A program made the translations under genes and the position numbers. Below the pieces are notes generated by a model. It had not been told where the DNA came from. It saw only the letters and a program-made list of their open reading frames with translations, and searched no databases. A stretch of DNA of 64,000 nucleotides, taken from an uncultured Planctomycetota bacterium (lineage in GTDB: Bacteria > Planctomycetota > Planctomycetia > Isosphaerales > Isosphaeraceae). The stretch is taken from assembly GCA_963823665.1 (NCBI GenBank), contig CAWGMQ010000006.1, positions 1,408,001-1,472,000 of the forward strand. Direction: 5' to 3'. This document shows, piece after piece, positions 43,983-55,146 of the stretch; the first letter of the stretch is position 1; the number at the start of each line of letters is the position of its first letter.

Positions 43983-45059
43983 ATGAGAATCGCGCGAAAC
44001 CGCCCGGCGTTCACCCTGATCGAGCTACTGGTCGTCATCGCAATCATCGCCGTCCTGATCGCCCTGCTCCTGCCCGCGGTCCAGTCCGCCCGCGAGGCTG
44101 CCAGGCGAGCGAGCTGCAGCAATAACCTGAAACAAATCGGCCTGGCCCTGCACAACTACATGACGGCAGTCGATACGCTGCCGCCGGGCCGGTTCAACTC
44201 GCACATTGCGGGCATCGGCAACGTGTGGGGCGCATACTCGCAAATACTCCCACAGCTCGACCAGGGGGCGATTTTCAACTCGTTCAATTTCAACCTTGCA
44301 CCCGAGCTGGAGACCAGCCTCCCGTTAGCCGCGGCCAACTTGACCGGTGCGGCCACCTTCATCAACTCGCTTCTCTGTCCGTCGGACGCGGCGTCGGCCG
44401 TGCAGATCACCGTCGCCGGTGAAAACTATGCCTCGCACAACTACGACTTCAACGTGGGCTCGACCTACCCGCTCCAGGAAGTATTCCCGGCAGGCGTGAC
44501 TTCGCCGTTTGGTGTGTTGCCCAACGGCGTCTTCTTCGAGAACCGGGGCGTCCGCCCAGCCGAGTTCCTCGATGGTATGTCGAACACGGTTGCGATGGCC
44601 GAGACGATCCGTTCGAACCAGAGCTCGACCTACGCGACCGAGCCGACGCGCGTCTTCCTCGTGACCGGAAACAACACGAGCACCGGGCCGCCGCTGACCT
44701 CCGACGCCGACTACGCGACCTACTGCCTATCGCAGCCGGCGAGCACGACCATGTTTCAGGCGACCAAGGGCATCCGCTGGCACTATGGCGCGCCCGGCCA
44801 CTCGATGTACAATCACCGCAGGCCCCCTAACGATCTGAACCCGGACTGCCGCGGCGGCCTGCCGCACAGCAACAAATCCGACCCGGAGTGGAGCTATCTC
44901 TCACTCAACGTCACCGCGCGGAGTAACCACCCGGCCGGCGTCCAGGCCCTGATGGCCGATGGCCACGTCCAGTTCATCAAGAACTCGATCAACCCGCTAA
45001 CCTGGCAGGCACTCGGGAGCCGCAACGGAGGCGAGACGATCTCCGCTGATGCGTACTGA
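43983..45059 (+). CDS. DUF1559 prepilin-type protein
   Basis: [69 protein letters not shown]. Confidence 0.95.
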   Translation: MRIARNRPAFTLIELLVVIAIIAVLIALLLPAVQSAREAARRASCSNNLKQIGLALHNYMTAVDTLPPGRFNSHIAGIGNVWGAYSQILPQLDQGAIFNSFNFNLAPELETSLPLAAANLTGAATFINSLLCPSDAASAVQITVAGENYASHNYDFNVGSTYPLQEVFPAGVTSPFGVLPNGVFFENRGVRPAEFLDGMSNTVAMAETIRSNQSSTYATEPTRVFLVTGNNTSTGPPLTSDADYATYCLSQPASTTMFQATKGIRWHYGAPGHSMYNHRRPPNDLNPDCRGGLPHSNKSDPEWSYLSLNVTARSNHPAGVQALMADGHVQFIKNSINPLTWQALGSRNGGETISADAY

Positions 45060-45187
45060 ACATTGGCACCGCCCAGAAGGTACTCGGCTGTTGACCGCCG
45101 CTGCTTCCACGGTAGACTGGATTCGTTGCGGGAACCGGGCCGCTTTCCATGTTTGATCTTCAGAAGGAGAGGTTACGGCTATGTCTG

Positions 45188-46393
45188 ATGGCGCAGAACC
45201 TTTCTCGCCGCGACATGATGCGGCTCGGGGCGACGGGTGTGGCGGCGGCAAGCATCACCAGCCTGCCTCTGCTGGCGGCTGAGCAGGCCGCCGCCGACAA
45301 ACTGCCCAAGCGGCGATACGGCCGCACCGGTCTCGAGATTGGCTGGCTCGTGGGCGCGTCCGACTGGCCGAAGGAGCTCATTCCCAGGGCGGTAAACGCC
45401 GGAGTCAATTACTGGCACAAGGCCCAGAGGTGGACTGCCAGCACGCTTCCGCCGGCCATCAAGAGTCAGCCAAGGGAGTCCTATTATCTCGAGTGCGTCG
45501 TGGACCGCGTCAACGGTGGCCACGAGCGCGGCGAGATCGACGAAGAGCAGCACTACCAGTTTGTCAAGAAATGCCTGAAGGAATCGGGCGTCGGATACTA
45601 CGACGTCTTCAAATTCCACTTCGGCTATCACTCCGTGGAAGAAGTGAAGCAGAACCCAGGCATGGTCAAGGCGTTCGAGCGGCTCAAGAAGGAGGGGCTG
45701 GTCAAACACCTGGCCATTTCCCAACATCATTACAACAACTTGCCCGGCGGAAACTTTGCCTGGGAAATCATGCACTACCTGGCCGACAATCGGCCGTATG
45801 AGGCAACCCAGTTCTTCCACACCCTTGGCGACCGCAAAGAGGTATCGGAGTGGATCGACGTGGCGAAGAAGAAAGACATCGGGACCATCGCCATGAAGAC
45901 GATGGGCGGTGTCGGGCGTGCGGCCAGTGATGAGTCGTTCAAAAAGCTTTTGGCGGACCCGAAATACCAGGGCAGCACCCCTGCCGCGGCGCTGGTCAAG
46001 TGGCTCACATCAAACCCGAGCCTCACCGCAGCCGTGATCGCGACCAAGAACTTTGATCAGTTCCGCGAGAACGCAGGCGCGGCCACCAGCCTGGCCATGC
46101 GCCCGCAGGACAATGCGACGCTCACCCTGTTGTCCGGCTACAACAAGGGGTTGACCTGCATATTGTGCGCCCAGTGCGTCTCCAGTTGCCCCGAACACAT
46201 CGGGATTGCGGACGTCTTCCGGTACGAGCGGTATGCCCGGGATTATCACGACCTCGACCGGGCGCGGAAGGAATACGCCGCCTTGACGAAAAACGGCACG
46301 TCCTGCGTCGGCTGCGGCGACTGCCTGCCGACCTGCTCACAGGAGATCGACATCGCCGCCAAACTGAAGGATGTGCACCGGCTGTTGGGATGA
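45188..46393 (+). CDS. Tat-signal aldo/keto-reductase-fold protein with C-terminal 4Fe-4S dicluster
   Basis: LSRRDMMR Tat motif; LPKRRYGRTGL; IAMK; CILCAQCVSSCP and CVGCGDCLPTC. Confidence 0.85.
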   Translation: MAQNLSRRDMMRLGATGVAAASITSLPLLAAEQAAADKLPKRRYGRTGLEIGWLVGASDWPKELIPRAVNAGVNYWHKAQRWTASTLPPAIKSQPRESYYLECVVDRVNGGHERGEIDEEQHYQFVKKCLKESGVGYYDVFKFHFGYHSVEEVKQNPGMVKAFERLKKEGLVKHLAISQHHYNNLPGGNFAWEIMHYLADNRPYEATQFFHTLGDRKEVSEWIDVAKKKDIGTIAMKTMGGVGRAASDESFKKLLADPKYQGSTPAAALVKWLTSNPSLTAAVIATKNFDQFRENAGAATSLAMRPQDNATLTLLSGYNKGLTCILCAQCVSSCPEHIGIADVFRYERYARDYHDLDRARKEYAALTKNGTSCVGCGDCLPTCSQEIDIAAKLKDVHRLLG

Positions 46394-47019
46394 GAGAGAC
46401 TGTGGCATTGAATCAGCTCCAATAAGTCTTCGCCGTAGCAGCCGAGTGACCATCGCGCTTGCGGTGGTTTGCGTGTTTGCCGCGCTCGTCGCGTCGCACC
46501 GCTCGTGGCGCCAGGACGCGGCCGATTCATCGCCACGACCTGGCGCTCTACCAGCCGTCCCAGGTGGCCCAGCCGCCTGGGACGCCGCCCGTCGAGCCCC
46601 TTACCGCAGTCGAGTCGCATGAGCTCAGTCTCGCCGCCAAGGCACGCTCGCCAGCCCCCGCAGCCGAGGGGCGCAAGCTGATTCAGGCGCTCGCGAAATC
46701 CGCCTCGCTCGTACGCCCCATCCGCGCCGGCATCATCGGTGTCGTCAGAAGGGAAGCGCTGATAGCGGTTCGCGCTCGCCGTCGGTCGAAGACGTCGTGT
46801 GGGCGCGTCCGCGTCGGACGGGAGATCAACGCTCGACGTTCTTCGCCCGCCGCCGGAACTCGACGTGCAGGCTCGCGGACGCCGCGCGCACATCCTCAGC
46901 AGCTTGCTCGACGACTTCGTCCCCGCCCCATCCGCCCGCGATCCCGCCTCGGTGGGATTGAACACCTCGGGAATGAAAGGCTTGCCGCAGTCAAAAACCT
47001 ACCGTGAGATCCCTGCCCC

Positions 47020-49020
47020 TCAACGCTTCCAGAACGGTGCGATGCTCTCAAGCGCACTGCCGCCGAGCACTTCGTATTTGCCATCCGCAGTCACACGCCA
47101 AGGTTGTTCCACGTAGCCCGCGTTGATTGCCAGATGTTCGCCGCGGCGAATGACGGCCTGCGCCCAGGGCTGTTCGATCGCCGACAGCGGCGCGAATTCG
47201 TTGAACAGGGCCTCAAGCTGCTTCTCTTCCCGATTTGCCTTGATCGCCTGGAGCTCACCCAGGACCGCACGGGCCACGCTCTGGAATTGGTCGTAATCCA
47301 CCACGGCCAGCACCTGATTCTCCGGCGTCATTGTCCCACCGTCCCGCGCCGCCCATTGGATCGCACCTGCCTTCAGGAGCTTGTTGATGAACAGCCAGTG
47401 CCCGCGCTGGTGCATTTCCAGAAGAGTCCGGTCACGTGACAGCCGCTGCAGAAAATCGCTCACGTAAAGATCGTAAGTGAGCTGCCGGAAGAGCTTGGCC
47501 TCGGTCGCATCTTTCAAAGCACCAGCCTCGACCAGCTTGGGGTCGTCCACGAAAAGAAGCGCCGTCAGGTCGGCACGCTCTTCTTCAAGAGCACTGCCGA
47601 GCCGGCCCAGAATCGAGACCGGATCGTCGGTCTTGCCGTACTTGCTCGTATCATAGGTTCCCGAGCCGTGGCCGATGATTTCGTGCATCAGCACCAGATT
47701 GCGCCAGCACTTTTCCCGGTTTTCCAGGACTGCGTCGACCTTGCCCGCCGGCAGGAACTCCTGGAATGCTTCGCGGCGCCTCGCTTTGAGCGTCTGATCG
47801 GCATCTTCACCCGGCATCGACAAGCGAATGACGTTCTTCGCGCCCACATCGCGTCGAATGTCGTCAAAATTGGGCAGATTGTAGCCGCTGGAACGGAAGC
47901 CCGAGATCTCCTGAAAATAATAGACCATGATGGCCGGTGGTGAATAATCGGCGGGGAATTTTTTCTTGAATCGTCCGTAAGGCATCGCATCTTCAAATGC
48001 CTGCGCACGCGTCGAAAGCCCCTGCGCCAGCCGGCTGATTTCCGGGTCAACGATCTGCACGTAAGATTCCCACGCTGCCATGCGCGACAGAAAGTCGCCT
48101 TCAAATTCAACCCAGCCGATCATGAAGTCCACCCGGGAATCGGCCCGGTCGCGCACCCAGGCGATGCTGGCCTGTCGAAAATCTTCCACATCGCCGCCCT
48201 GGAAATACTTGACCATCGCATCGATCTGTTCCTTCTGGTGAGCCGTGGCCGCGAGCGGCCGGGCGGCTTCCAGGTGGGAAACCACCTTCCGGAGCGCTTC
48301 ACCGACTTCCCCTGGGCGCTGCGACGAGAGCGTCTCGCACGCCAATCCGTTCTGCGAGCGGACGACGCGTGAATTGATGTTCGGTTTGAGGGTCTTGTCC
48401 AGTACAGTCATGACTTCAAGGCCGGTGATGCCTTGCTCATAAAAGTTGCTGCCCGTCTCCTCCAGCCCCTTCCCATCCGGACTCTCCGGCGCTTGCCGCA
48501 CCTCGTAACCTCCGTCGCACAGCAATCGGGCAATCTCGGCTCGATCCCGCTTGGACAGAAATGGCCCTCGCCTCGAGCGATCGAAGAGCGCCTGGACCTG
48601 GCTCTGCGTCACGTGCTCCAGCACGTACTTGCGGTTCGATGCGGCATAGGGACCGCCCTGATCCAGAAACTTGGCGCTGTAGACGAGGAGCTCCTGAAAT
48701 GCTTTCTCGCCGAGCTCGCTCCTGGTTTTCTCGATCTGCTCGGCTGACAGGGCTTCCTCGAGCAGTCGCTTGATGGTCACGGAGTGCCGGTGTGTTCGCT
48801 GAAAAAGCAGCTCGCGGCCGGAATTTGCCGCCTCGATCAAGTGGTAAGCCAGCATCTTTTCCTTGGGAGTAAGTTTGGCCCAGACCTCGCCCCGGGGTGC
48901 CGAGCTCTGCACTCGCATGTTCTTGGGCAGCGGCAGCGGCTTCACCTCTCCTTCCTGCCCTTGAACGTTGCAAACACACCCCAGAATGAGCGAACACGCC
49001 AGAAGCCTTGAGATGCGCAT
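47020..49020 (-). CDS. Secreted peptidase M49 (dipeptidyl-peptidase III-like)
   Basis: Signal peptide; GYNLPNFDDIRRDVGAKNV; HEIIGHGSG; LEEERAD. Confidence 0.88.
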   Translation of the reverse strand: MRISRLLACSLILGCVCNVQGQEGEVKPLPLPKNMRVQSSAPRGEVWAKLTPKEKMLAYHLIEAANSGRELLFQRTHRHSVTIKRLLEEALSAEQIEKTRSELGEKAFQELLVYSAKFLDQGGPYAASNRKYVLEHVTQSQVQALFDRSRRGPFLSKRDRAEIARLLCDGGYEVRQAPESPDGKGLEETGSNFYEQGITGLEVMTVLDKTLKPNINSRVVRSQNGLACETLSSQRPGEVGEALRKVVSHLEAARPLAATAHQKEQIDAMVKYFQGGDVEDFRQASIAWVRDRADSRVDFMIGWVEFEGDFLSRMAAWESYVQIVDPEISRLAQGLSTRAQAFEDAMPYGRFKKKFPADYSPPAIMVYYFQEISGFRSSGYNLPNFDDIRRDVGAKNVIRLSMPGEDADQTLKARRREAFQEFLPAGKVDAVLENREKCWRNLVLMHEIIGHGSGTYDTSKYGKTDDPVSILGRLGSALEEERADLTALLFVDDPKLVEAGALKDATEAKLFRQLTYDLYVSDFLQRLSRDRTLLEMHQRGHWLFINKLLKAGAIQWAARDGGTMTPENQVLAVVDYDQFQSVARAVLGELQAIKANREEKQLEALFNEFAPLSAIEQPWAQAVIRRGEHLAINAGYVEQPWRVTADGKYEVLGGSALESIAPFWKR

Positions 49021-49178
49021 AACTTGGTACCTGTAAACGCGAATCTAAATGCAAGATCGAAGATGATGCGCTGCCACTCCTGGAAACTGCTCCCCGGGGC
49101 TGCGGCCCGATCAGACGTTACCCGGCACTGGTCTCCAGGACAATGGATCGCTCCCCGCGCTCTTCCTCCGGGATTCGA

Positions 49179-49523
49179 TCACTCCCCCCTCCCCCGCTCT
49201 GCCTTGTACGCCTTCAAGATCGACTTGAGCAGACCCGGAAACCGCCGCTGGATCTCGCGCTGCCGTAGCCGGCTCGTGAGCTCCACCCCCTTGCGCTCGC
49301 AGTGAATGAGCCCCGCGTCGCGCAGGATCTGGAAGTGCTGCGAACACGTCGACTTCGGCAGCACGATCTTCGCACTGCTCATCGTCTCCACGCAATTCAT
49401 CTCCGAGCCGGCCTCCAGGAGTTCGCTCACGATCGCCAGTCGCACGGGGTCAGCGAGCGCATGAAGGATGTCCGCGACCGTGACGCTTTCCATCCCGGGA
49501 TGCCGGAGCGGCCTGGCTGCCAT
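49179..49523 (-). CDS. ArsR/SmtB family regulator
   Basis: ALADPVRLAIV...KSTCSQHFQILRDAGLI. Confidence 0.9.
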   Translation of the reverse strand: MAARPLRHPGMESVTVADILHALADPVRLAIVSELLEAGSEMNCVETMSSAKIVLPKSTCSQHFQILRDAGLIHCERKGVELTSRLRQREIQRRFPGLLKSILKAYKAERGRGE

Positions 49524-49550
49524 GAGACCCCGCTGTGCGCTAGTTCCCTT

Positions 49551-49567
49551 GTTCGGAACTTACGAAC
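49551..49567. promoter_or_regulatory. Candidate ArsR operator
   Basis: Inverted repeat GTTCG-N7-CGAAC between the divergent ArsR and OYE genes. Confidence 0.5.
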
Positions 49568-49621
49568 TATCTATATTGGAGTGTACAGCCCGGTCGCCTT
49601 ATCTTCAATAGGATTGACTTC

Positions 49622-50692
49622 ATGCCCAACCTTTTCGACCCGCTCGAGCTCGGTGAGCTGATCCTCCCCAACCGTGTAATCTTGGCCCCGCTCACCCGTT
49701 GCCGCGCCTGCGCGGGCCGGGTCCCCGTCCCGCTCAATGCCGAGTACTACGCCCAGCGGGCCTCGGCAGGGTTGATCATCTCCGAGGCGACTTCGGTCAC
49801 TCCCATGGGCGTCGGCTATCCCAGCACGCCGGGCATCTGGTCGGCCGAGCAGGTCGAGGGCTGGAAGTTCGTCACTCGCGCCGTCCACAACGCCGGCGGT
49901 CGGATTCTGCTTCAGCTCTGGCACGTCGGCCGCATGTCAGACCCGATGTACTTGAACGGCGAGCTGCCCGTCGCCCCGAGCGCGATCGCCGCCTCCGGCC
50001 ACATCAGCCTCGTCCGTCCCGAGAAGTCCTTTGTGGTGCCCCGAGCACTTGGGCCTGACGAGATTCCCGGCATCGTCGAAGCCTATCGAAAGGGCGCCGA
50101 GAACGCGCAGAGCGCCGGCTTCGATGGCGTTGAGATTCATGGTGCCAACGGCTATCTCCTCGACCAGTTCTTGCAGGACAGCACCAATCATCGGACCGAT
50201 GAATACGGCGGATCGATCGAGAACCGGGCGCGCTTGATGCTCGAGGTCGCCGATGCGGCGATTTCGGTCTGGGGCCCGGGCCGCGTGGGCATGCACCTTG
50301 CGCCGCGGGGCGATGCGCACTCGATGGGCGACTCGGACCCGGCGAGTACGTTCGGCTATGTCGCCCGCGAGCTTGGCCGCAGGCGTCTCGCGTTTCTTTG
50401 CGCCAGGGAGTACGTGGGCCCGGGCCGCCTCGGCCCCCAGTTGAAGGCGGTCTTCGGCGGTGGTTACATCGCCAACGAAAAGTTCACGAAAGAGTCTGCC
50501 GAGGAGGTTCTCTCTTCCGGTGAGGCTGACGCCGTCGCCTTCGGAAAGCTCTTCCTCGCCAACCCGGACTTGCCCCACCGCTTCGCAGTCAACGCGCCGC
50601 TCAACGAGCCAAATCCGTCCACCTTTTATGCATCCGGCCCCGAGGGTTACACCGACTACCCATTCCTCGACCGCGCCGTCCGTTCGGCGTGA
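49622..50692 (+). CDS. Old yellow enzyme / alkene reductase (NemA/XenB-like)
   Basis: APLTRCRA, YYAQRASAGLII, QLWHVGR, EIHGANGYLLDQF, GYTDYP. Confidence 0.95.
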   Translation: MPNLFDPLELGELILPNRVILAPLTRCRACAGRVPVPLNAEYYAQRASAGLIISEATSVTPMGVGYPSTPGIWSAEQVEGWKFVTRAVHNAGGRILLQLWHVGRMSDPMYLNGELPVAPSAIAASGHISLVRPEKSFVVPRALGPDEIPGIVEAYRKGAENAQSAGFDGVEIHGANGYLLDQFLQDSTNHRTDEYGGSIENRARLMLEVADAAISVWGPGRVGMHLAPRGDAHSMGDSDPASTFGYVARELGRRRLAFLCAREYVGPGRLGPQLKAVFGGGYIANEKFTKESAEEVLSSGEADAVAFGKLFLANPDLPHRFAVNAPLNEPNPSTFYASGPEGYTDYPFLDRAVRSA

Positions 50693-50722
50693 TGTGACAT
50701 TGCGAGCCGATCGTGAATGTCG

Positions 50723-50781
50723 CCTTTCGTCCCGCGAAGGAACTTGCCGACTACCAGTGTCGCCCTTCGCTCCGCGAAGCG
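50723..50781. repeat. Pair of short REP-like hairpins
   Basis: CCTTTCGTCCCGCGAAGG and CCTTCGCTCCGCGAAGCG in the intergenic region. Confidence 0.45.
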
Positions 50782-50855
50782 TCTTCCTGAAACTCGCTCA
50801 CATACCGTTTGCCGTCAGAATCACCCGATCATTTACTTTGGAGGCTCGCTGATTC

Positions 50856-51893
<1,038 letters not shown>

Positions 51894-51969
51894 GCCGTGC
51901 GCCTCGGAATAAAGGTGTCAGGAACCGTTCTTCGGCCGCTTTAACAGATGCCGATGCATGGTCCGGAAC

Positions 51970-52362
51970 CTATTGCCCGGCGCGCGGCGCCGCTTGCAAT
52001 CGCGAATTCAAAAACACAATGACAACAGGAAGCCCCAGCTCCAAAACGGTCATCGCGACGAAAAATCGATTCGGCAGACCGACGGCCACAATGGAAACCA
52101 GTCGCGCCAACCCGCCGACAAAAAAGATGAGCGCCAGAAGCTTGATGTACGCGCCCTTTCGCTCGATGCCCTTCACACACCAAAGCAGAGCCGCACCATA
52201 AGCAGTGAACAACGTGGCGTAAAATCGATCTTCACTATCCATCGTGGCATTAACCGGGACAGACCCTGGAATACACGCCGGCCCAAGCACAATGTGCAGA
52301 AGCGAAATGAAGATCGCCGTGACGCCGCCAGCAGCAAGGAGAACCTGAAGGGCCTTCCGCAT
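51970..52362 (-). CDS. DUF4345-like membrane protein
   Basis: NATMDSEDRFY, FFVGGLARLVS, hydrophobic helices. Confidence 0.75.
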   Translation of the reverse strand: MRKALQVLLAAGGVTAIFISLLHIVLGPACIPGSVPVNATMDSEDRFYATLFTAYGAALLWCVKGIERKGAYIKLLALIFFVGGLARLVSIVAVGLPNRFFVAMTVLELGLPVVIVFLNSRLQAAPRAGQ

Positions 52363-52399
52363 CGCGTGAGTTCCTATTCGCGTGCCATCCCATGCCAAC

Positions 52400-53086
52400 T
52401 TAACCATGTTTCCCGCCCCCGCCCGCCCTCGCCGACCGACCACGGCTCGACCGCGCAAGGCCCGCATCCGGCGACTTCACCTTCCCACCCTTCCCACGCT
52501 CGCGTGCAACATACGGCCCCAGCAAAAACTCAAGGTCCCGCAGGACCCAATCTCGAGCCGCCCCCTCGCGAAAAATGGCCCACGCGACCAGCGACCCCTG
52601 GATCGTCTCCTGCACCACCCGCGCCAGACGCTCCGTATCACACGCATTTAGCTCCCGCGCTTTGACGGCGTCGTCAAGCAGCCCCCGCATCGAGGAATGC
52701 GACGCCCGCGCCTGCACGAGCGCGTAATGATGAAACTCCGGATCGGTCAAATCCATCACCAGAAAACTGAGGTGATTCGCCAGCTCCTCCGGCGACCCCG
52801 CCATCCCCGCCCAGCATTCCGCCACGGCGTAAAGCGCCGCAAGCGGCGACGCGTGCGCCGCGCGGATCGCCGCCATCTGGTCCCCCTCCGACGAACTTCC
52901 CAGCCGCACCAGCTCGAGCAGCATTCCCCGCTTCGTGCCAAATCTCTGCACCAGCGTCGCCGGCACCACGCCCGCCTCGCGCGCCACGTCGGCCAGCGTC
53001 AGCCGCGCAGGCCCCACCCTGCTCACCGCGCGCGCCGTCGCCTGCAGCAATTCCAGGTCACTCACCGTTCGCGGCCGGGCACACAT
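52400..53086 (-). CDS. TetR family regulator
   Basis: ARPRTVSD...LTLADVAREAGVVPATLVQRFGTKRGML. Confidence 0.9.
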   Translation of the reverse strand: MCARPRTVSDLELLQATARAVSRVGPARLTLADVAREAGVVPATLVQRFGTKRGMLLELVRLGSSSEGDQMAAIRAAHASPLAALYAVAECWAGMAGSPEELANHLSFLVMDLTDPEFHHYALVQARASHSSMRGLLDDAVKARELNACDTERLARVVQETIQGSLVAWAIFREGAARDWVLRDLEFLLGPYVARERGKGGKVKSPDAGLARSSRGRSARAGGGGKHG

Positions 53087-53101
53087 CTTCCAGATCCTAA
53101 A

Positions 53102-53161
53102 TAAATGAATCGCGATTTACAATCCCCGCTGGACATTAAATGAACAGTCATTTACAATCCC
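53102..53161. promoter_or_regulatory. Two tandem candidate TetR operators
   Basis: TAAATGAATCGCGATTTACAATCCC (53102-53126) and TAAATGAACAGTCATTTACAATCCC (53137-53161); each has a TAAAT...ATTTA dyad. Confidence 0.75.
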
Positions 53162-53224
53162 TGCGGAGTGGGAGGAGTGTCCTCTCGCGTAGAGTGTCTT
53201 GCGGTTCTTGATCGGAGCCATTCC

Positions 53225-54102
53225 ATGAAGCCGCTCAAGGGAAAGGTGGCCGTCGTCTCAGGCGCCAGTCGTGGCGCGGGCCGTGGGATTGCACTGGCAT
53301 TGGGCGAGGCGGGTGCGACGGTTTATGTGGCCGCCCGCACCGTGCGGGGAGGCCCCCGGCCGCCCGACGGCGCTCCGGGGACGATCGACGACACCGCCGA
53401 GGAACTGACTTCCCGCGGTGGCCGCGGCATCCCTGTGCGGGCAGATTGCACCAAGCTCGCCGACGTCGCCGCCCTGTTTGAGCGCATCCAGAAAGAGCAG
53501 GGTAAGATCGACGTGCTGGCCAATTCAGTCTGGGGTGGCCACAACGAGTTCCATTCGATCGAGGATATGCAGGCAGCCTGGAGTCGTCCCTTCTGGGAGC
53601 AGCCCTTCGGAGAGTGGGACAACATGATGCTGGCCGGGCCGATCGCCTACTTCCTGACGAGCTGCCATGCCGCCCGCCTGATGGCCGCCGCCGGCGGGGG
53701 CGTGATCGTGGGCGTCACCGATGGCTTGATCGACGGCACCCCTCCCGAGGAGTATCAGGGCCAGCTCATGTGGGACGTGGGGCACCACTGCATCAACCGG
53801 CTGATGTTCGGAATGGCGGCCGAGTGCAAGCCGCACGGAATCGCCGTCGTCACCCTGATGCCCGGCTTCATGCGCACGGAGCGCGTGATGATGAATATGA
53901 AAACGGAAGAGCACAAGAAGATGTTCCGCTTCGATTTGAGCGAATCGGTCGAGTACATCGGCCGGGCCGTCGCGTTCCTGGCGGCCGATGCGCGTGTCGC
54001 GGAGAAGTCCGGAAAGATCCACTTCGTGGCCGATCTGGCGCCGAGTATGGCTTCACGGATGTCGACGGCAAAGCCATCCCCAGGTTCCGGCCATTCGATT
54101 GA
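53225..54102 (+). CDS. SDR family oxidoreductase, frameshifted near 54040
   Basis: VAVVSGASRGAGRGIA; PGFMRTE; C-terminus EYGFTDVDG in another frame. Confidence 0.88.
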
Positions 54103-54111
54103 CGACCAAGC

Positions 54112-54149
54112 TTTCCCCCCCTTGCAAAGGAGGGCCCAGGGGGGGTGAA
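54112..54149. repeat. GC hairpin (REP-like or terminator) between convergent genes
   Basis: CCCCCCCTTGCAAAGGAGGGCCCAGGGGGGG. Confidence 0.45.
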
Positions 54150-54205
54150 GGGCGTCACCCGTCAGTGATCCGATCGACCCCGCATCGGGCAAGCGCGCGC
54201 GAAAC

Positions 54206-54790
54206 TCACGACCCCGCCTTGGGCAGCACCCGCAGCGCCAGCCCCAGCGCGATCCAGTTCATCCCGCGGAACAACAGGTTGATACCCACGAACAATCCGA
54301 TGACCCAGAGCGCCGATTCCGGCCACTCCAGCAAGATCAGCACCCCAAGGACCACGTCGATGACCCCGCTCGCCAGCGACCAGCCCCATGCCGCGAATCG
54401 ATAGCTCACGGCCGCCACGATCTTGAAGATGCCGCTGACCAGCAGGAAGCACGCAATGAGCAGTGTCAGAGCGGCCAGAGCATTGAGCGGGGCGCGAATG
54501 AACAAGAGCCCGACGACAATCGACAGCACGCCGGAAAGCAAGTGCAGGAAAAACCCGCTCCAGCCGCGGCACCAGAATGCGCCGATGACTTCCGCCGCCC
54601 CCGACAACAGCAGAAGAATCCCAATGACCATCGCAGCGGCCAGCGCGGCGATCGCCACCGCCCCCAGCGCGACCAGTCCCAAAACGACCAGTGCAACTCC
54701 CAATAGCACAAACCAAAACCAATTGCCGCGAAGAGCATTCAACTCGTGACGCAGCGCCGAGACGAGAGGACGATCGAAACTTGTGCTCAT
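54206..54790 (-). CDS. HdeD/DUF308 family membrane protein
   Basis: NWFWFVLLG...WPESALWVIGLFVGINLLFRG; six hydrophobic segments. Confidence 0.88.
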   Translation of the reverse strand: MSTSFDRPLVSALRHELNALRGNWFWFVLLGVALVVLGLVALGAVAIAALAAAMVIGILLLLSGAAEVIGAFWCRGWSGFFLHLLSGVLSIVVGLLFIRAPLNALAALTLLIACFLLVSGIFKIVAAVSYRFAAWGWSLASGVIDVVLGVLILLEWPESALWVIGLFVGINLLFRGMNWIALGLALRVLPKAGS

Positions 54791-55146
54791 GGTTGAGGTC
54801 CCCGAAGAGAAATCGCGGTGCCACGAAGAGCTCGCCGCTTCGACACCTCTCTGCAATGCTCTCACCGACCTAAAGAAAAAACAAATGTATTCCGGCCAGA
54901 CGTGCCACATTCTCTTAAGAATTCCTTATCCAAAACTAGAGGGTTGCCTGCGCAACGGCTAAGGAGCGATCCATCTATGCATGAACAGCAGGCACCCAGT
55001 CCACTTGTTTTGCAGGCGCCAGCCGAGGTGCTACTCCAAGAAAGAGCAACGTACGAAGTCGAGCCTCTTGACTGGCCAGGCTCCTGACCGAGTTGGCGGA
55101 GCCTGCTGATACCTTCTACACATCGGGCACGCGAAAGGATTTCCTC

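Noticed and set aside
46390..47010. Possible gene downstream of the Fe-S AKR
   Set aside because: A hydrophobic stretch is present but no consistent frame or recognisable family; cannot be supported.
51908..51930. ATAAAGGTGTCAGGAACCGTT as an IS end
   Set aside because: No transposase or matching inverted partner; probably a short dispersed repeat.
55093..55107. Possible sigma54 promoter before the PEP-CTERM gene (TTGGCGGAGCCTGCT)
   Set aside because: Spacing is GG-N8-GC, not N10.
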